A stretch of DNA of 64,000 nucleotides from Burkholderiales bacterium (GCA_018781585.1 JADMJT010000006.1:11116-75115), one strand, 5' to 3'. Shown: positions 39,690 to 48,471, numbered from the stretch's first letter. The notes: generated from the sequence alone by a model not told the origin. Program-made: numbers and translations.

Positions 39690-40847
39690 ATGTCGGATGG
39701 TAGTGCAAAAGTGTGGCCGGGAGAAGACTTCAAGATGGATTCTTTGGAATCGGAGGAGACGCCGGAGTGCAAAGACACTGTAAAAGATGATCAGGAGACA
39801 ACTGCGGATAGCTCTCCGGAGCCAGGTGCAGAACCAGAAGCAGCTACGCCGTCCTGCCCTGCCAATCATATATATGTGCTCGACCCTATCGCCGTGCGCC
39901 GGATGACCAACCCGGTAACGGCCCGGCAACGTGGCGAGACACAGACCCGGCTGCGTGATTTGCTGCTTCAACACCAACATCTCGCCAGCCCGTATCCATT
40001 GCGCCCCTACCCGGCTGATATGGCGCAACGTTGGAAGAAGCTGCGCTCGAAGTTTCCAAATTTCAGCGAAGTGCTCGATCTCTTGGAGAAGCGCTACGCA
40101 CTCGCGCTGCTACGCCGGGACACGCCAGTTTCGTTTCCACCATTGCTTCTGCTCGGAGACCCCGGGGTCGGAAAGACGGCATTCAGCAAAGCACTGAGTA
40201 AGGAAATCGGCTTGTTTTATGGCGAAATTCAGATGTCTGGTCTCACAGAGGCATTTACGATTTCTGGGCTTGATGTCGGCTGGAGCAGCGGCAATCCGGG
40301 CCGCGTGTTTGAATATGTATCGGCCGCCAGGCATGCGAATCCTCTATTGCTGCTCGATGAATTCGACAAGTGTAGTCAAGGCGGCAGTGGTGGCGATCCG
40401 CACGCGCCCTTTCACGTCTTGCTCGAGCGTCATTCGGCGCAGCATTTCGAAGATATGGCAATTCGCCTGCCCGCAGATATGCGTTGGATCAATTGGGTTG
40501 CTACGGCCAATGAACCGCTCGCCATCCCAGCCTCATTGCTTTCCCGCTTCCGGCGAATTGTCGTGCCCAAACCTAGCCGCACGCAGATGACTGCCGTGAT
40601 TAATTCAGTCTACGAGGAGAAGCGCGATTCAGTGACGAACGGCGACTTGTTCGCACGGAAGCTCGACCAGTCAATCGTTGAACTACTTCTGGATCTCACG
40701 CCACGTGCGGTTGGTCTTGTCATCGAGGAGGCCATGGGCGCTTGTGCCAAGCGTTCACGACGCGGGCGATTGCTGCGTATCACGCCTGGCGATGTTTTTT
40801 TGCCGAAAAGCCACGAACAGCGGCGCATCGGTTTTTTCCCCAACTGA
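39690..40847 (+). CDS. Lon-like AAA+ ATPase without a protease domain; acidic, low-complexity N-terminus
   Basis: The track ORF starts at 39645; the ATG at 39690 follows GGAAGGAAG. Walker A LLLLGDPGVGKTAFSKAL, Walker B NPLLLLDEFDK, sensor/Arg region IPASLLSRFRRIVV. This layout parallels the Lon AAA+ module. Confidence 0.75.
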   Translation: MSDGSAKVWPGEDFKMDSLESEETPECKDTVKDDQETTADSSPEPGAEPEAATPSCPANHIYVLDPIAVRRMTNPVTARQRGETQTRLRDLLLQHQHLASPYPLRPYPADMAQRWKKLRSKFPNFSEVLDLLEKRYALALLRRDTPVSFPPLLLLGDPGVGKTAFSKALSKEIGLFYGEIQMSGLTEAFTISGLDVGWSSGNPGRVFEYVSAARHANPLLLLDEFDKCSQGGSGGDPHAPFHVLLERHSAQHFEDMAIRLPADMRWINWVATANEPLAIPASLLSRFRRIVVPKPSRTQMTAVINSVYEEKRDSVTNGDLFARKLDQSIVELLLDLTPRAVGLVIEEAMGACAKRSRRGRLLRITPGDVFLPKSHEQRRIGFFPN

Positions 40848-40881
40848 TCACCAGCTAGCAATCCGCCACAGGAGAATTGAC

Positions 40882-41394
40882 ATGACACCCACTGCAACCA
40901 AGAAACACGAAGCGCGAGACCTTCCACCCCACGACCTGCCCACAGCTCTCGCCGCCCCAGTTGCGCTGATTGCCGACCTCGGCTGGGCTGCTGGGTTCAT
41001 CGACGGAGAGGGCTGCATTTCCGCGGTATGGCAGCGATACAAAGACCCAACTCGACGCACCTGCATTCGTATCAAGTTACAGGTGGCCCAGAACGATTAC
41101 AGCAGCCTTCGGCGGTTGCAAAATATTTTGGGCGTCCAAAGCGAAATCGTGCAGTTGAAGCGGACACAGGCACAAAACCGTCCGGTGTATTCCCTCAACT
41201 TTGATACTCGGCATGCGATCGGCGCACTGCTCAAAGTGGCGCCATTCCTGCATCGCAAGAAGATGGAAGCCGAAACCTGCTTCCAGCTCTGGGTGGAAGG
41301 CATGATGGGCGTGCGCTTCGGGCCCAAGCCTATCCCCGAGGAAATCTGGGCGATCCGGGAGAAATACTTGCTGAAGCTGCAGCGCCTGAAGTAA
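40882..41394 (+). CDS. free-standing single-motif LAGLIDADG homing-endonuclease-fold protein
   Basis: Track ORF 40678..41394 trimmed to the ATG at 40882, which follows GGAGA. The LAGLIDADG motif is LGWAAGFIDGEGCISAV. The second-half motif LLKVAPFLHRKKMEAE resembles the I-CreI-type core. Confidence 0.75.
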   Translation: MTPTATKKHEARDLPPHDLPTALAAPVALIADLGWAAGFIDGEGCISAVWQRYKDPTRRTCIRIKLQVAQNDYSSLRRLQNILGVQSEIVQLKRTQAQNRPVYSLNFDTRHAIGALLKVAPFLHRKKMEAETCFQLWVEGMMGVRFGPKPIPEEIWAIREKYLLKLQRLK

Positions 41395-41488
41395 GAAAAG
41401 AAGCGGATCGTACTCACAGACTGCAGCCGAAACATAAAGGCTTTTCTAAACCTGCGGGGCCACGGCACCACCCCTGTAATTCATTTAA

Positions 41489-41800
41489 GGTTTTGCTATT
41501 CCCCACATAAAAAGCGCGGACCAAGCAAAAGACCGCTACGGCCGCACCGTCCGCCGCGTGATTTGCGTCGGGGCAGATGCCAACGCCGAGCAGCTGTGCC
41601 GCGGCATGGCTGAGGTATACAGCAAATACGTGCGCGACCAATCGCTCTATGAGATCGATGCCGAAGCCCGAGCAGCCCAGCGCGGTCTATGGTCAGACGC
41701 CAACCCGACGCCCCCTTGGAGTGGCGGCATAAATAGACCCAATCGCGCCAACGTACTGGGAGCAAGTTCAGAGGGCGTTCCTGCCCCTGGATCGGGTTGA
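41489..41800 (+). pseudogene. 5-prime-truncated thermonuclease (staphylococcal nuclease-like) remnant
   Basis: The frame is open only from 41489. It reads ...KDRYGRTVRRVICVGADANAEQLCRGMAEVYSKY...YEIDAEARAAQRGLWSDANPTPPW, which is the C-terminal third of SNase-family proteins. No N-terminal OB-fold half and no plausible start are present. Confidence 0.65.
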
Positions 41801-41837
41801 CGAATAATTCGGACCAGCATTCGAGGAGCAGCGCAAG

Positions 41838-42857
41838 TTATTCTGGCATTGTCTCGGACGTGAAAGGAATATCCATATAGAGGCTGCCGTCGTTGCGATG
41901 TGAGACGATCAGCCCTCCTTCGACGACAAGTTCATCTGCAAGGTCGCCAAGTGCCTCGAACGAGCTTTGGTCGCTCCAATGTCCGTAATCGTCGGCAATG
42001 CGCTTGCAGAGCACGCCCAAACGCTCGAAATATGACGCGAACCAGTGACCTTTGAGAGCAGCCTTCGTTTTTGGCAAGTCCATCAATGACAGCCTTTGCC
42101 CCGCCATGTTGCCGAGATGATATGCGGCAAACTTCATGAGTGAGCCGTAGGCAGCATATATCTCGGCCATAATCTTAGTGACATCTCCGTGCCGACGATA
42201 CGCCTTTATGAGCGCGTTGGCCTTCGAGCGCGTCTCGTTCAACAGAAGAATGAAAGTCTCCTCGTAGCCGGCAGTGGGGTCATGTCCGAAGGGTGCGCTG
42301 ATCCAGGTTGCTGCGTATTCGTCCCAGCACGCCAAGTTGATCTGCCACCTTGCAGCGTCATGGATATTCTTGTAAACGTTCTGCAAGAGAACGTTTGGAA
42401 ATGCCGTGTCGAAGCGATGCGTTATCTCGACATGTGCACATTCATGCGCAAGCGTGTGTAGTGCCAACTTGAAATGCTCAGAGTTGGGATCTTCAAGCGC
42501 GATGGCTAAAGCCGCGTTCAACACAATGTGACTCTTCACGATTCCATCGCGAATGACGGAAGGTGTCATCGCGACGCCGATAGCAAATTCATCGGACGGT
42601 GTTAGTCGATGTGAGTAGAGGTATCCCCGATCAAGGTCTAGCAGCGCCTGATTGTAGTCAAATGCAATCGTGACCCCGTCGAGACGGCTTAGGTCGATTT
42701 GGCGGCTCAACTCTTGGATATATACGCCGGCAAGGTGCGCGAATTGCGTTGCCCGCTCTTCCATATCGAATCCCCGTACGGTGACGGGAAGGTTTTTTGG
42801 CGCAGTATACGGGCGATCTTCCGGCTCCCTTGTCCCACTTTGGATATCCTTTTCCAT
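41838..42857 (-). CDS. hypothetical protein with an HExxH motif (possible zincin-like metallopeptidase)
   Basis: The track ORF starts at 42878; the ATG at 42857 follows AAGGAG. The only motif I recognise is LHTLAHECAHVEITH. Confidence 0.6.
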   Translation of the reverse strand: MEKDIQSGTREPEDRPYTAPKNLPVTVRGFDMEERATQFAHLAGVYIQELSRQIDLSRLDGVTIAFDYNQALLDLDRGYLYSHRLTPSDEFAIGVAMTPSVIRDGIVKSHIVLNAALAIALEDPNSEHFKLALHTLAHECAHVEITHRFDTAFPNVLLQNVYKNIHDAARWQINLACWDEYAATWISAPFGHDPTAGYEETFILLLNETRSKANALIKAYRRHGDVTKIMAEIYAAYGSLMKFAAYHLGNMAGQRLSLMDLPKTKAALKGHWFASYFERLGVLCKRIADDYGHWSDQSSFEALGDLADELVVEGGLIVSHRNDGSLYMDIPFTSETMPE

Positions 42858-42944
42858 GGCTCCTTTCCTGCGGATCAAATGCCCCGACTTTTGGTCGGAG
42901 AGTTGATCGCGGCTAGCCGATACCCTTATGGCTAACGAAGGCCG

Positions 42945-45440
42945 CTAAAGGTACAACGACGGCTCTTCATTCCACTCCGATATCAAGCTGCGTGCTAGAG
43001 TTTGACCGGATAAAAGCTCTCTTAACTGTGCCACCTTGCCTTCCATCTGTCGGGCTTCACCGGATAGGGCTGTCAGGATCGCGACATCGGCCTTCAGTTC
43101 ATTCGCCGTCGCGGCAAGATCCTCGATGTCGCTCTTTGCGATCTGGTCTACCCTTGGCTTTGCCTCACCAATGAAAAATTTTCCGTCCACGATGCAAACC
43201 ACGTCCAGTTCGCGGTCGGCTTTCATGCCCTGGTTCTCGGGGTAGTCGCGAAAGAGCGCCGTTTGGGGTGCAAAAATGAACGATTTTTTTGCTTCTCGCC
43301 GCAGTGCACTCAGTGCCCATATGACGCTGAGCGTATCGTGCTCGCGAAGACACGTTGCCAGAAACTCGTTGAGACGGAAGTCGAGAGTGAGATCAACAGG
43401 GAGGTGATGCTCTTGCTGGCAAATCTCGCATGGCATCACGTTCTTCAGAGCATCGACGGAAACCCAGTTTCGATGGGAGCAGTGGCGGCAGACCCACTCG
43501 TGACCGCGATAGAACACACCGCGTTCACACAAGTATCCAAGGGAGCTCTTGATGCCTTCAGGTGCATCCGCGAGGATCGCGTCGCTCTGGTCTTTTATAT
43601 GGGTATTTACCTCTATTGCTGCCGTCAGCTCCTTTTTCCACGCTTCCAGAAGACGGGTGTATTGCGTGGTTAGCCTGGGAACTCTGAGATCGCTCGACAT
43701 CTGTATTACGCGCTCGGCCAAGTTTTGCCAGCCGGCCCCATCCTCGATCACTAGCGTCCCGCTCTTTGCCTTGAGGCGCCGCTGCAGTTTCGTGATCACC
43801 ACCGGGTATTGCTCGGTCGCCGGCGTAGCCATCGTTTCAAATTGCGTTCGCCAGAAGTGCCCACCGAGCACGGCTTCGGCGTCGCTCAGCGAGCCAAACA
43901 TACCCAGGACACCCTGCAGGTAGCGCCCCTTGTCAGATGGTTTTGAAAACTTGTACGCGACATTTGTCGCGAGTACCTTTCGCATGTCGCGGTATGCATA
44001 CTGTGCGGCGTCGTTTAGCAGGCTATAGAACACCTCTTGGTCTTCTGGCTGTGACACCTCTAAGGCTTGGATGTCTTTGTGCACCTCAATGCCAATGTCG
44101 CCGGTTCGCAATATCCTTGTGGGTCGTTTTTTGTGGAATACACGCAGTAGCTGCGGACGTTTTGGCAGCGTCCACACGTCCCGAACATTGTCAAACCGGC
44201 TGTTATCGTTCAAGCGATCGATTTGGAGATCAACGTACCAACTTCCTCTGGACATGATCGGATGCGCGCCGGTGCAGTACTTGACCTGTATCGGGCTCGG
44301 GACTGACACGGCTACAGGGCTCTCACCGATGGCGACTTCTGAAGAAGCGTTGTCTGTAGGGCGCACAAAGTGGATGCTCTTGTCCCCTGCCGGGCAGCAG
44401 TCTTCCGCCGTATCAATCCGCGCAACATTGACGATTGACATCGACGGCCCGCGGAGTTGCTCGGCAAACGCCTCGAGTTCTTCTTTATTCAACGAGTGCG
44501 AGCGCACCGAAACCCTTGACGAGCTATTGTTCTGGCCTAGCCAGTTGCAGTTCCGGAGGAACTCTGCAATACACTTGGTGTTATCAGGCTCCAACCTAGT
44601 CGCAGCCGGAACACGGAGGGTCTTGTACGTTTGGTGCTGCGCGTCGTCGTAGAGCAGCGCGGAATTCCAGCACGTAACTCTATCCAGAAAGCTGTCGCCC
44701 ACGACTAGGCAGAAGCTGTCTCGCCACGGATGCTCCACGCGATGCCGCTGCGCGTAGAGGTTCGACAGATAACCGAGCGTGAGGAGGCTGTTATTATGGT
44801 GCAACCGCGGCAGAATTTCATACGCGCTGTTGATTTCCTCGTGTCCTGCGTTACCGAAGTGCCATCGGTTCGCCGGCGGGTCTGGAGGGGTCAACATCAA
44901 TGGCCGAACATAGTCGGCCAATTCGCGATGAACCGGGAACTGTTCTAGACTTGAGGAGAGTGAGCCGAAGTTATCTGTCACGAAACCGTCGTCGCGCCAT
45001 AGTGGATAGGAATCCAGAATCAGTTCTGGACGTGCCCGAATAGCACCCGAGCTGATCTTCAAAAACGGCAGCCATGATAGGGCCGTCAGCGCGGGCTCTT
45101 CGAGGCCGACGCTGGGGTGCTCCTCGAGTGTGTCGCGCTTTCTCTCGCGACCCAAGATTACCGTGTCTGCTAAAAGGTCAGCAAGCGGTTGAACGAGGGC
45201 GGCGTTGTCATACGTCAATGCGAAGACGACATCAGGGTCGAGCACGCGCAGCCAATTAGCATAGCGCTGGGGAATCAAGGCGTTTTCAACCGGCACGACC
45301 AGTGATTGACGGCCACCGTGTCTGCCAAGGCACGACGCAAAGATACTGTTAAGCCAGCGGGGTGCATCGAGACCGTCCTCAATGAGGTAGGCGACACGAA
45401 CAGGACGCGAGATGGCGTGGATTTTCGGACTAGGTTTCAC
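42945..45440 (-). CDS. large hypothetical protein (831 aa) with a C-terminal CxxC...CxxC zinc ribbon and a PD-(D/E)xK-like nuclease motif
   Basis: GTG start with GGAG 8 nt upstream. I found no P-loop. Residues about 651-681 read CRHCSHRNWVSVDALKNVMPCEICQ. Residues about 744-761 read ELDVVCIVDGKFFIGEAK (D...ExK). Confidence 0.7.
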   Translation of the reverse strand: MKPSPKIHAISRPVRVAYLIEDGLDAPRWLNSIFASCLGRHGGRQSLVVPVENALIPQRYANWLRVLDPDVVFALTYDNAALVQPLADLLADTVILGRERKRDTLEEHPSVGLEEPALTALSWLPFLKISSGAIRARPELILDSYPLWRDDGFVTDNFGSLSSSLEQFPVHRELADYVRPLMLTPPDPPANRWHFGNAGHEEINSAYEILPRLHHNNSLLTLGYLSNLYAQRHRVEHPWRDSFCLVVGDSFLDRVTCWNSALLYDDAQHQTYKTLRVPAATRLEPDNTKCIAEFLRNCNWLGQNNSSSRVSVRSHSLNKEELEAFAEQLRGPSMSIVNVARIDTAEDCCPAGDKSIHFVRPTDNASSEVAIGESPVAVSVPSPIQVKYCTGAHPIMSRGSWYVDLQIDRLNDNSRFDNVRDVWTLPKRPQLLRVFHKKRPTRILRTGDIGIEVHKDIQALEVSQPEDQEVFYSLLNDAAQYAYRDMRKVLATNVAYKFSKPSDKGRYLQGVLGMFGSLSDAEAVLGGHFWRTQFETMATPATEQYPVVITKLQRRLKAKSGTLVIEDGAGWQNLAERVIQMSSDLRVPRLTTQYTRLLEAWKKELTAAIEVNTHIKDQSDAILADAPEGIKSSLGYLCERGVFYRGHEWVCRHCSHRNWVSVDALKNVMPCEICQQEHHLPVDLTLDFRLNEFLATCLREHDTLSVIWALSALRREAKKSFIFAPQTALFRDYPENQGMKADRELDVVCIVDGKFFIGEAKPRVDQIAKSDIEDLAATANELKADVAILTALSGEARQMEGKVAQLRELLSGQTLARSLISEWNEEPSLYL

Positions 45441-45981
45441 TCAAGCAACTCCGTTACGAATCGAATAGTCCGCAATATCGCGATCATGAATCCGGCTATC
45501 GTGCACCGAGAAGGTGGAATCACATTTTTGATCGAGCCGCTTCATCGCTCTTTACTAACGCATCTTATCAACAATTCCATTGGGAATGACCCACGGCTAT
45601 CCAGGTCCTCGTACTTCTCCCTGTTCCTGTACATTGGGTCACGACTCAGACTTTCCCGAGACAGTACATTGAATCAGTCTTCTGGGTGACCGATTTCGGC
45701 GCAATGCTGTTGGTCACTTTGGCCGAGCAAGAGACACCGGCCGCACTCAGCGTGAGCCTCAGCTTCTGGCCGAACAGTGCCACCTAGAGTATGGAAGTGC
45801 ATGACCGCTGCATTGGAGACATTGGGCGCTATGAAATGTCGCTAGCAATACGAATCATCGCGATAAAGCGGGTTTTCAGCGTACTTAACACATGGCAAAG
45901 ATTACATAACCCTTAGAATGGCGCAGGAAATAAGCCGCTTCGACTGGTAAACTTGCGGTTTGCCAAATTTTACTAAGACAT

Positions 45982-47055
45982 ATGAAGCCAGCCGCACCCG
46001 AAATTTTCCAAGTCCCAACCAACGAGTTTCAATCAGCATTCAAGCCCGGCACGCCTGAATTCGAGATGGCGGCGATGACCCACTACGCCGCCGAATACTC
46101 AAATCGCGGTTGGACGGCCGTCGTCACCGTTGATCCGGATTTTATTCGCGTCGTGGCACTGCCCGCCGGCGGGATGGACCCCAAAGCATACGTACTGGGC
46201 CTGCTGAAAAATCGGTTTCTCGAAGACGCGCTGCCGATTCTGGAAGCTCTGGACGGCATGATCGATGACGCCGATATCGCCTTCAATCATGGAATCTGCC
46301 TGTCGGAATTGGGCCACATCGCGGAGTCGGTGGAGCCGTTGGAACGCGCCATCGGGATCGACCCAAAATACGTCAATGCATATGTGGGGCTTGGATTCTC
46401 CCTTACAAAACTTGGCCGAAATGAAGAGGCTGAGGCGCCGCTGCGCAAAGCTATCGCGCTGGATCCCGAGAATTCGTATGCGAAACGGAATCTGGCGGCT
46501 GTGTTGGGCCGCATGGGACGGATGCAGGAGGCGCTACCGTTCTTCCGCCAGGCGGCGTCCCTCGCACCGAACGATCCCGGAGCGATGCTTGGCCTGGCGC
46601 AATGTCTCGACGATCTTGACGGTGATTACCGCAAAGAGGCGGACAAGATTTACGAGCAGATCACCAATAAATTTGGCGATCACCCGGTCGCAGAAATGGC
46701 GCGGGTAGCCCGCAACAAGATTGCCGGCGAAGACTTGCATGCAACGGTGGATGGAAAAATAAGAATGGATGCCGTGTTTTACATGCAGGGGGCGATGGAG
46801 CATTTCGCCGCCATGCCGAAAGAACGTATCGGCAAGATCGCAATGGAAATCGCCAACCTTGGCCGCGACGGGCTCAAGATCAACGAACCGGAGGCTCGCT
46901 ATCACCTCGAAAATATGGAAGGTGATTTTTCCGGTCTGCATTTGCTGTGCCTCATGCACGTAGGCTTCCGAATGTTCGATCCGGAGGCGGATGCCGGTAC
47001 AGGCCTTGATCGTGAATATAAAGCAGCGGTAGCAATGCAAGGTGGAAAGGCGTGA
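45982..47055 (+). CDS. tetratricopeptide-repeat protein
   Basis: 357 aa. Consecutive TPR-like 34-mers (AFNHGICLSELGHIAESVEPLERAIGIDPKYVNAYVGLGFSLTKLGRNEEAEAPLRKAIALDPENSYA...). Confidence 0.75.
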   Translation: MKPAAPEIFQVPTNEFQSAFKPGTPEFEMAAMTHYAAEYSNRGWTAVVTVDPDFIRVVALPAGGMDPKAYVLGLLKNRFLEDALPILEALDGMIDDADIAFNHGICLSELGHIAESVEPLERAIGIDPKYVNAYVGLGFSLTKLGRNEEAEAPLRKAIALDPENSYAKRNLAAVLGRMGRMQEALPFFRQAASLAPNDPGAMLGLAQCLDDLDGDYRKEADKIYEQITNKFGDHPVAEMARVARNKIAGEDLHATVDGKIRMDAVFYMQGAMEHFAAMPKERIGKIAMEIANLGRDGLKINEPEARYHLENMEGDFSGLHLLCLMHVGFRMFDPEADAGTGLDREYKAAVAMQGGKA

Positions 47056-47567
47056 GCGCGATCCCGGAGAGCTATTGGCAGATCATTGAACCGCTGATCG
47101 CGACGGCGCGCGGCTTTCTGGAAAACGGCGAGAAACTGTCGCCCATTGCCTTCGTTGGCAACTTCGAGGCGGGCACTACTATCCCAGTGCAGATGCAAGC
47201 TGGCAGCGATGAGGCAAAAGATCAATCGGCGCGAGCCATCAAATTGATTGCCGAACAGCACAATGCCGATTTTATTTTCACCATCATGGAAGCGTGGTCG
47301 CTCCGGCCAGACAAGCTCCACATGATCGATGAAATATACGATAAATACGGCTCGATTGGCGCAAGCCCCTATGCGATTGATGTGGTGACGTTTTCGCTCG
47401 AAGCCCGGCATGGTGTTTTTATCGCGCAGTGCCCAATTAAACCCAAGGGGTACAGCAAGAAAAAACGCACCTTCGGCAAACCGGAGTTTCGGCTATTCAC
47501 AGAAGCGCAGGGGCGATTCGTGGATTTGCTGCCGGTGAAAGATGGCGCGGGCGGGACGTTGCATTGA
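47052..47567 (+). CDS. hypothetical protein (171 aa), translationally coupled to the TPR gene
   Basis: The GTG start overlaps the TPR stop (GTGA). I recognise no motif. Confidence 0.5.
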   Translation: MSAIPESYWQIIEPLIATARGFLENGEKLSPIAFVGNFEAGTTIPVQMQAGSDEAKDQSARAIKLIAEQHNADFIFTIMEAWSLRPDKLHMIDEIYDKYGSIGASPYAIDVVTFSLEARHGVFIAQCPIKPKGYSKKKRTFGKPEFRLFTEAQGRFVDLLPVKDGAGGTLH

Positions 47568-47675
47568 TGTAATAAGGATCACAACCCAAGATTGCGATCC
47601 GACCACCAACTCCATCACTAAGTTGCCAGCTCTCATCGGACGAGATCATCAAAACTTAAGCGGACCCAACTCGCG

Positions 47676-47741
47676 GCCCATCCGCGCCCCATCCGGGCCC
47701 GCCTAATCCGAGTCATATCCGTGCCCCATCCGGGCCCGGAT
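47676..47741. repeat. array of five direct ATCCG-core repeats plus one inverted copy, mostly 11 nt apart
   Basis: ATCCG occurs at 47680, 47691, 47706, 47717 and 47728, and CGGAT at 47737. The longer unit GCCCCATCCGGGCCC occurs at 47686-47700 and 47723-47737. Confidence 0.6.
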
Positions 47742-47915
47742 ATGGTCCACCCAGTCAATCCTATCCAATACGTAAACCGAAAAACCCATTCTTATTCGCA
47801 GATGGCCATCCAATGATATAGGTACTCAGAAGCACGACTTTCTATATAAACAGCCTCGCTATCAAACGCGTAGCAGCCACACATGTGCAATCTTAATGCG
47901 AACAGCCGATACCGA

Positions 47916-47950
47916 TATTAATGCGAGTGCATTTTGTACTCGCATTAATA
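47916..47950. repeat. perfect 13-bp inverted repeat (hairpin or operator)
   Basis: TATTAATGCGAGT-gcattttgt-ACTCGCATTAATA. A third copy of TTAATGCGA lies at 47893-47901. Confidence 0.6.
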
Positions 47951-48067
47951 GGAGGGGGTGCGGGATTTGCGAAGCGAATCGTGCGCCCCCGAACAGCGGT
48001 GGCTGGCGTGTGGCTTGCGAATGCAAGACACATGACAGACAGGCACAACGTGCCAGCTGCATTCACC

Positions 48068-48195
48068 AAAGCGAGGCTACTGACGAAATAAAAAGCGGGG
48101 CTGATGTGCAGCTTATCCACGGCGCTGCTGCCGGCCCCTCTCAGGCCAGGGCAGCAGCGCGGTGGGTAAGGTGCGGGAAAAAGCGAGGCTACTGA
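48068..48195. repeat. 16-nt direct repeats flanking a long GC hairpin
   Basis: AAAGCGAGGCTACTGA occurs at 48068-48083 and 48180-48195. Between them lies GCGCTGCTGCCGGCC-cctctca-GGCCAGGGCAGCAGCGC (48122-48160). Confidence 0.55.
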
Positions 48196-48471
48196 AAATG
48201 GATTTTTAGGTGGCCCACTACTGACGACAAAAGCTTGTCTTATCCCTGACCAAGCCCTCTTCGCCGGGCGGGCTCGCCGGGTGGGTTTGATAACCCACCC
48301 GTTCGAGTAAGCGTGTCACGCACCAACAGCGTCAAGGGGTGAGCATAAACGTTGCGCTGCGCGCAAATTGGCAGCACAAATTTATCCCTCCCTTTTCCCT
48401 TGACCCCGCCTCATGCGTGCAGAAACGCCAAACCATAGCGACCAGAGATATCTAGAGAAGAAAACTACAAG

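Noticed and set aside
40678-40881. Upstream part of the ORF containing the LAGLIDADG gene
   Set aside because: It overlaps the 3-prime end of the AAA+ gene in another frame. The ATG at 40882, with a GGAGA site, is the credible start.
47862-48195. Three overlapping 66-99 aa ORFs in the gene-free stretch
   Set aside because: They have no ribosome-binding sites or motifs and mutually overlap on both strands. Repeats and hairpins describe the region better.
48290-48330. GGGTGGGTT-tgat-AACCCACCC hairpin followed by GTTCGAGT, considered as a tRNA fragment or secondary att site
   Set aside because: No acceptor stem, anticodon arm or CCA context could be built around it. The resemblance to a T-loop is limited to a few bases.
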